Positions 62,732-64,000 of a stretch of DNA of 64,000 bases are shown here, in pieces. The first letter of the stretch is position 1, and each line of letters begins with the position of its first letter. Location of the stretch: assembly GCF_964213995.1 (NCBI RefSeq), contig NC_135812.1, positions 46,438,001-46,502,000 of the forward strand, read 5' to 3'. The position numbers were made by a program, and so were the translations under genes. This DNA comes from Mustelus asterias. Taxonomy: Eukaryota. Below the pieces are notes generated by a model. It ran no database searches, was not told where the DNA came from, and was given only the letters and a program-made list of their open reading frames with translations.

Positions 62732-63070
62732 GTACTGGAAGGGTGCTGCGCTCTGATGCTGCGGTACAGGGAGGATGCTGCACTGTGACAGTGCGGACTG
62801 GGAGGGTGCTGCGGTACTGGGAGGGTGCTGCGCTCTGACAGTGCGGTACTGGGAGGGTGCTGTGCTCTGACAGTGCGGTACTGGGAGGGTGCTGATCTCT
62901 GACAGTGCGGTACTGGGAGGGTGCTGCGCTCTGACAGTGCGGTACTGGGAGGGTGCTGCGCTCTGACAGTGCGGTACTGGGAGGATGCTGCGCTCTGACA
63001 GTGCGGTACTGGCAGGGTGCTGTGCTCTGAAGCTGTGGTATGGGTAGGGTGCTGTACTCTGATGCTGCAG
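62732..63070 (+). repeat. 32-bp minisatellite, about 10.5 copies
   Basis: Unit GTACTGGGAGGGTGCTGCGCTCTGACAGTGCG with diverged outer copies and one truncated unit. Confidence 0.95.
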
Positions 63071-63546
63071 AACATGGAGGCATCAGTTGCTATGATTCCA
63101 CAAGTGTTTGGTCCTTTCCACGGTTACTACAAGTTGCAGAAATCAACAGGGTGCGGCGCAGTAGATGCTAAAAAATATTTTTGCCGACTTCATTAACTAC
63201 TTGTTCCCAACATGAGTGCACTAACACATTTGCCCCTTAGTGTGGTAATTTAAGCAGTGCCTGAGATTTGTCAAGCAGTTGCTCAGTTATGTCATTTGAA
63301 GATGCGTTCACCAACCTTGACCACTCAAGTAAGGTAATTGAACTTCTTTTACACTGCAAATAGGTCCTCAGAGCGTGACACCTGGCATTGAGCTCCATCT
63401 GCTCCCACTGCCCATTGACTGTGTGTCTGGAAGAACTCCTGCCTCACCTAACATACAGGACTTACCTCCTTCTTTCCACTTCCTGTAGCTAGATTTCTAG
63501 TGCACTTTCCTAAGACCATGAATTACGCTCTCTCCTACGTTGTACC

Positions 63547-63862
63547 TGATGCGCGACGATCAAGCACGAGGTACAAGGCTTCAGCGATTGAAGGCTTTTA
63601 TTGACAAACAATGGAACTATCTAACACGAGTACACCAATCCAGACTGGAGGGGTCCCGCCTGAGCAGAGGGTCTTATACCTCTCCCCAGGAGGCGGGGCC
63701 CGACCGGGATGTGCCATAACAGCATCCACCACAGGTATATTAATCCCACAGTGTAAACACCCTAACCCAACAACATTATAACAACCCCCACAGTGGCAAC
63801 ACCCTAACCCAACAGTAACATTGGAATAACCCCACAGTGGTAACCAACGATGGTTCACCACA
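63547..63862 (-). mobile_element. 3' LTR of a Gypsy-like retrotransposon
   Basis: Minus TGTGGTG...GCATCA termini, TATAAG and AATAAA signals, preceded by polypurine tract AAAGGAGGGGTGAA (63863-63876). Confidence 0.85.
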
Positions 63863-63925
63863 TTCACCCCTCCTTTAAAAACAAAGGCCGGCGGGGTGCG
63901 AAAACAGATTACATATATACAAAAT

Positions 63926-64000
63926 TTACAAGTCCAGATGGTCTGGAGGACCGCACCGTCGCTGTGATCTTCTCAACACCGGTTGCGACACCGGAGCAGG
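63926..64000 (-). CDS. C-terminal end of Gypsy-like pol/integrase (continues beyond the window)
   Basis: PAPVSQPVLRRSQRRCGPPDHLDL* resembles the LRRSxRxxxPPxxL motif ending many Gypsy integrases; lies just before the PPT. Confidence 0.65.
   Translation of the reverse strand, partial: PAPVSQPVLRRSQRRCGPPDHLDL

Noticed and set aside
62700-63083. Repetitive 127-aa and 115-aa ORFs
   Set aside because: Translations of a 32-bp minisatellite whose unit is not a multiple of three.

Overview
Eukaryotic, repeat-rich genomic DNA from a cartilaginous fish (shark-type repeats: HE1/V-SINEs, HER1/CR1 LINEs, DeuSINE-like copies, Penelope elements). Only one host coding exon is recognisable: the start-codon exon (minus strand, 19273-19549) of an SRRM2/3/4-family splicing regulator with a cwf21 domain, most similar to SRRM3. 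About 0.7 kb upstream of it lies a tandem, same-orientation array of 10-11 RE1/NRSE (REST-binding) motifs inside a transposon-poor, CpG-richer block. The rest is intronic or intergenic DNA filled with nested retroelements: a nearly intact full-length CR1-clade LINE (esterase ORF1, APE-RT ORF2, UUUAAAC slippery site at the ORF junction), many CR1 3' fragments, Rex1/Babar fragments, Penelope elements and palindromic Penelope-derived mini-elements carrying minimal hammerhead ribozymes, several SINE families, solo-LTR-like sequences, a 32-bp minisatellite and the 3' end of a Gypsy element. All calls were made by eye from recalled family features; no database search was run, and repeat boundaries are approximate.
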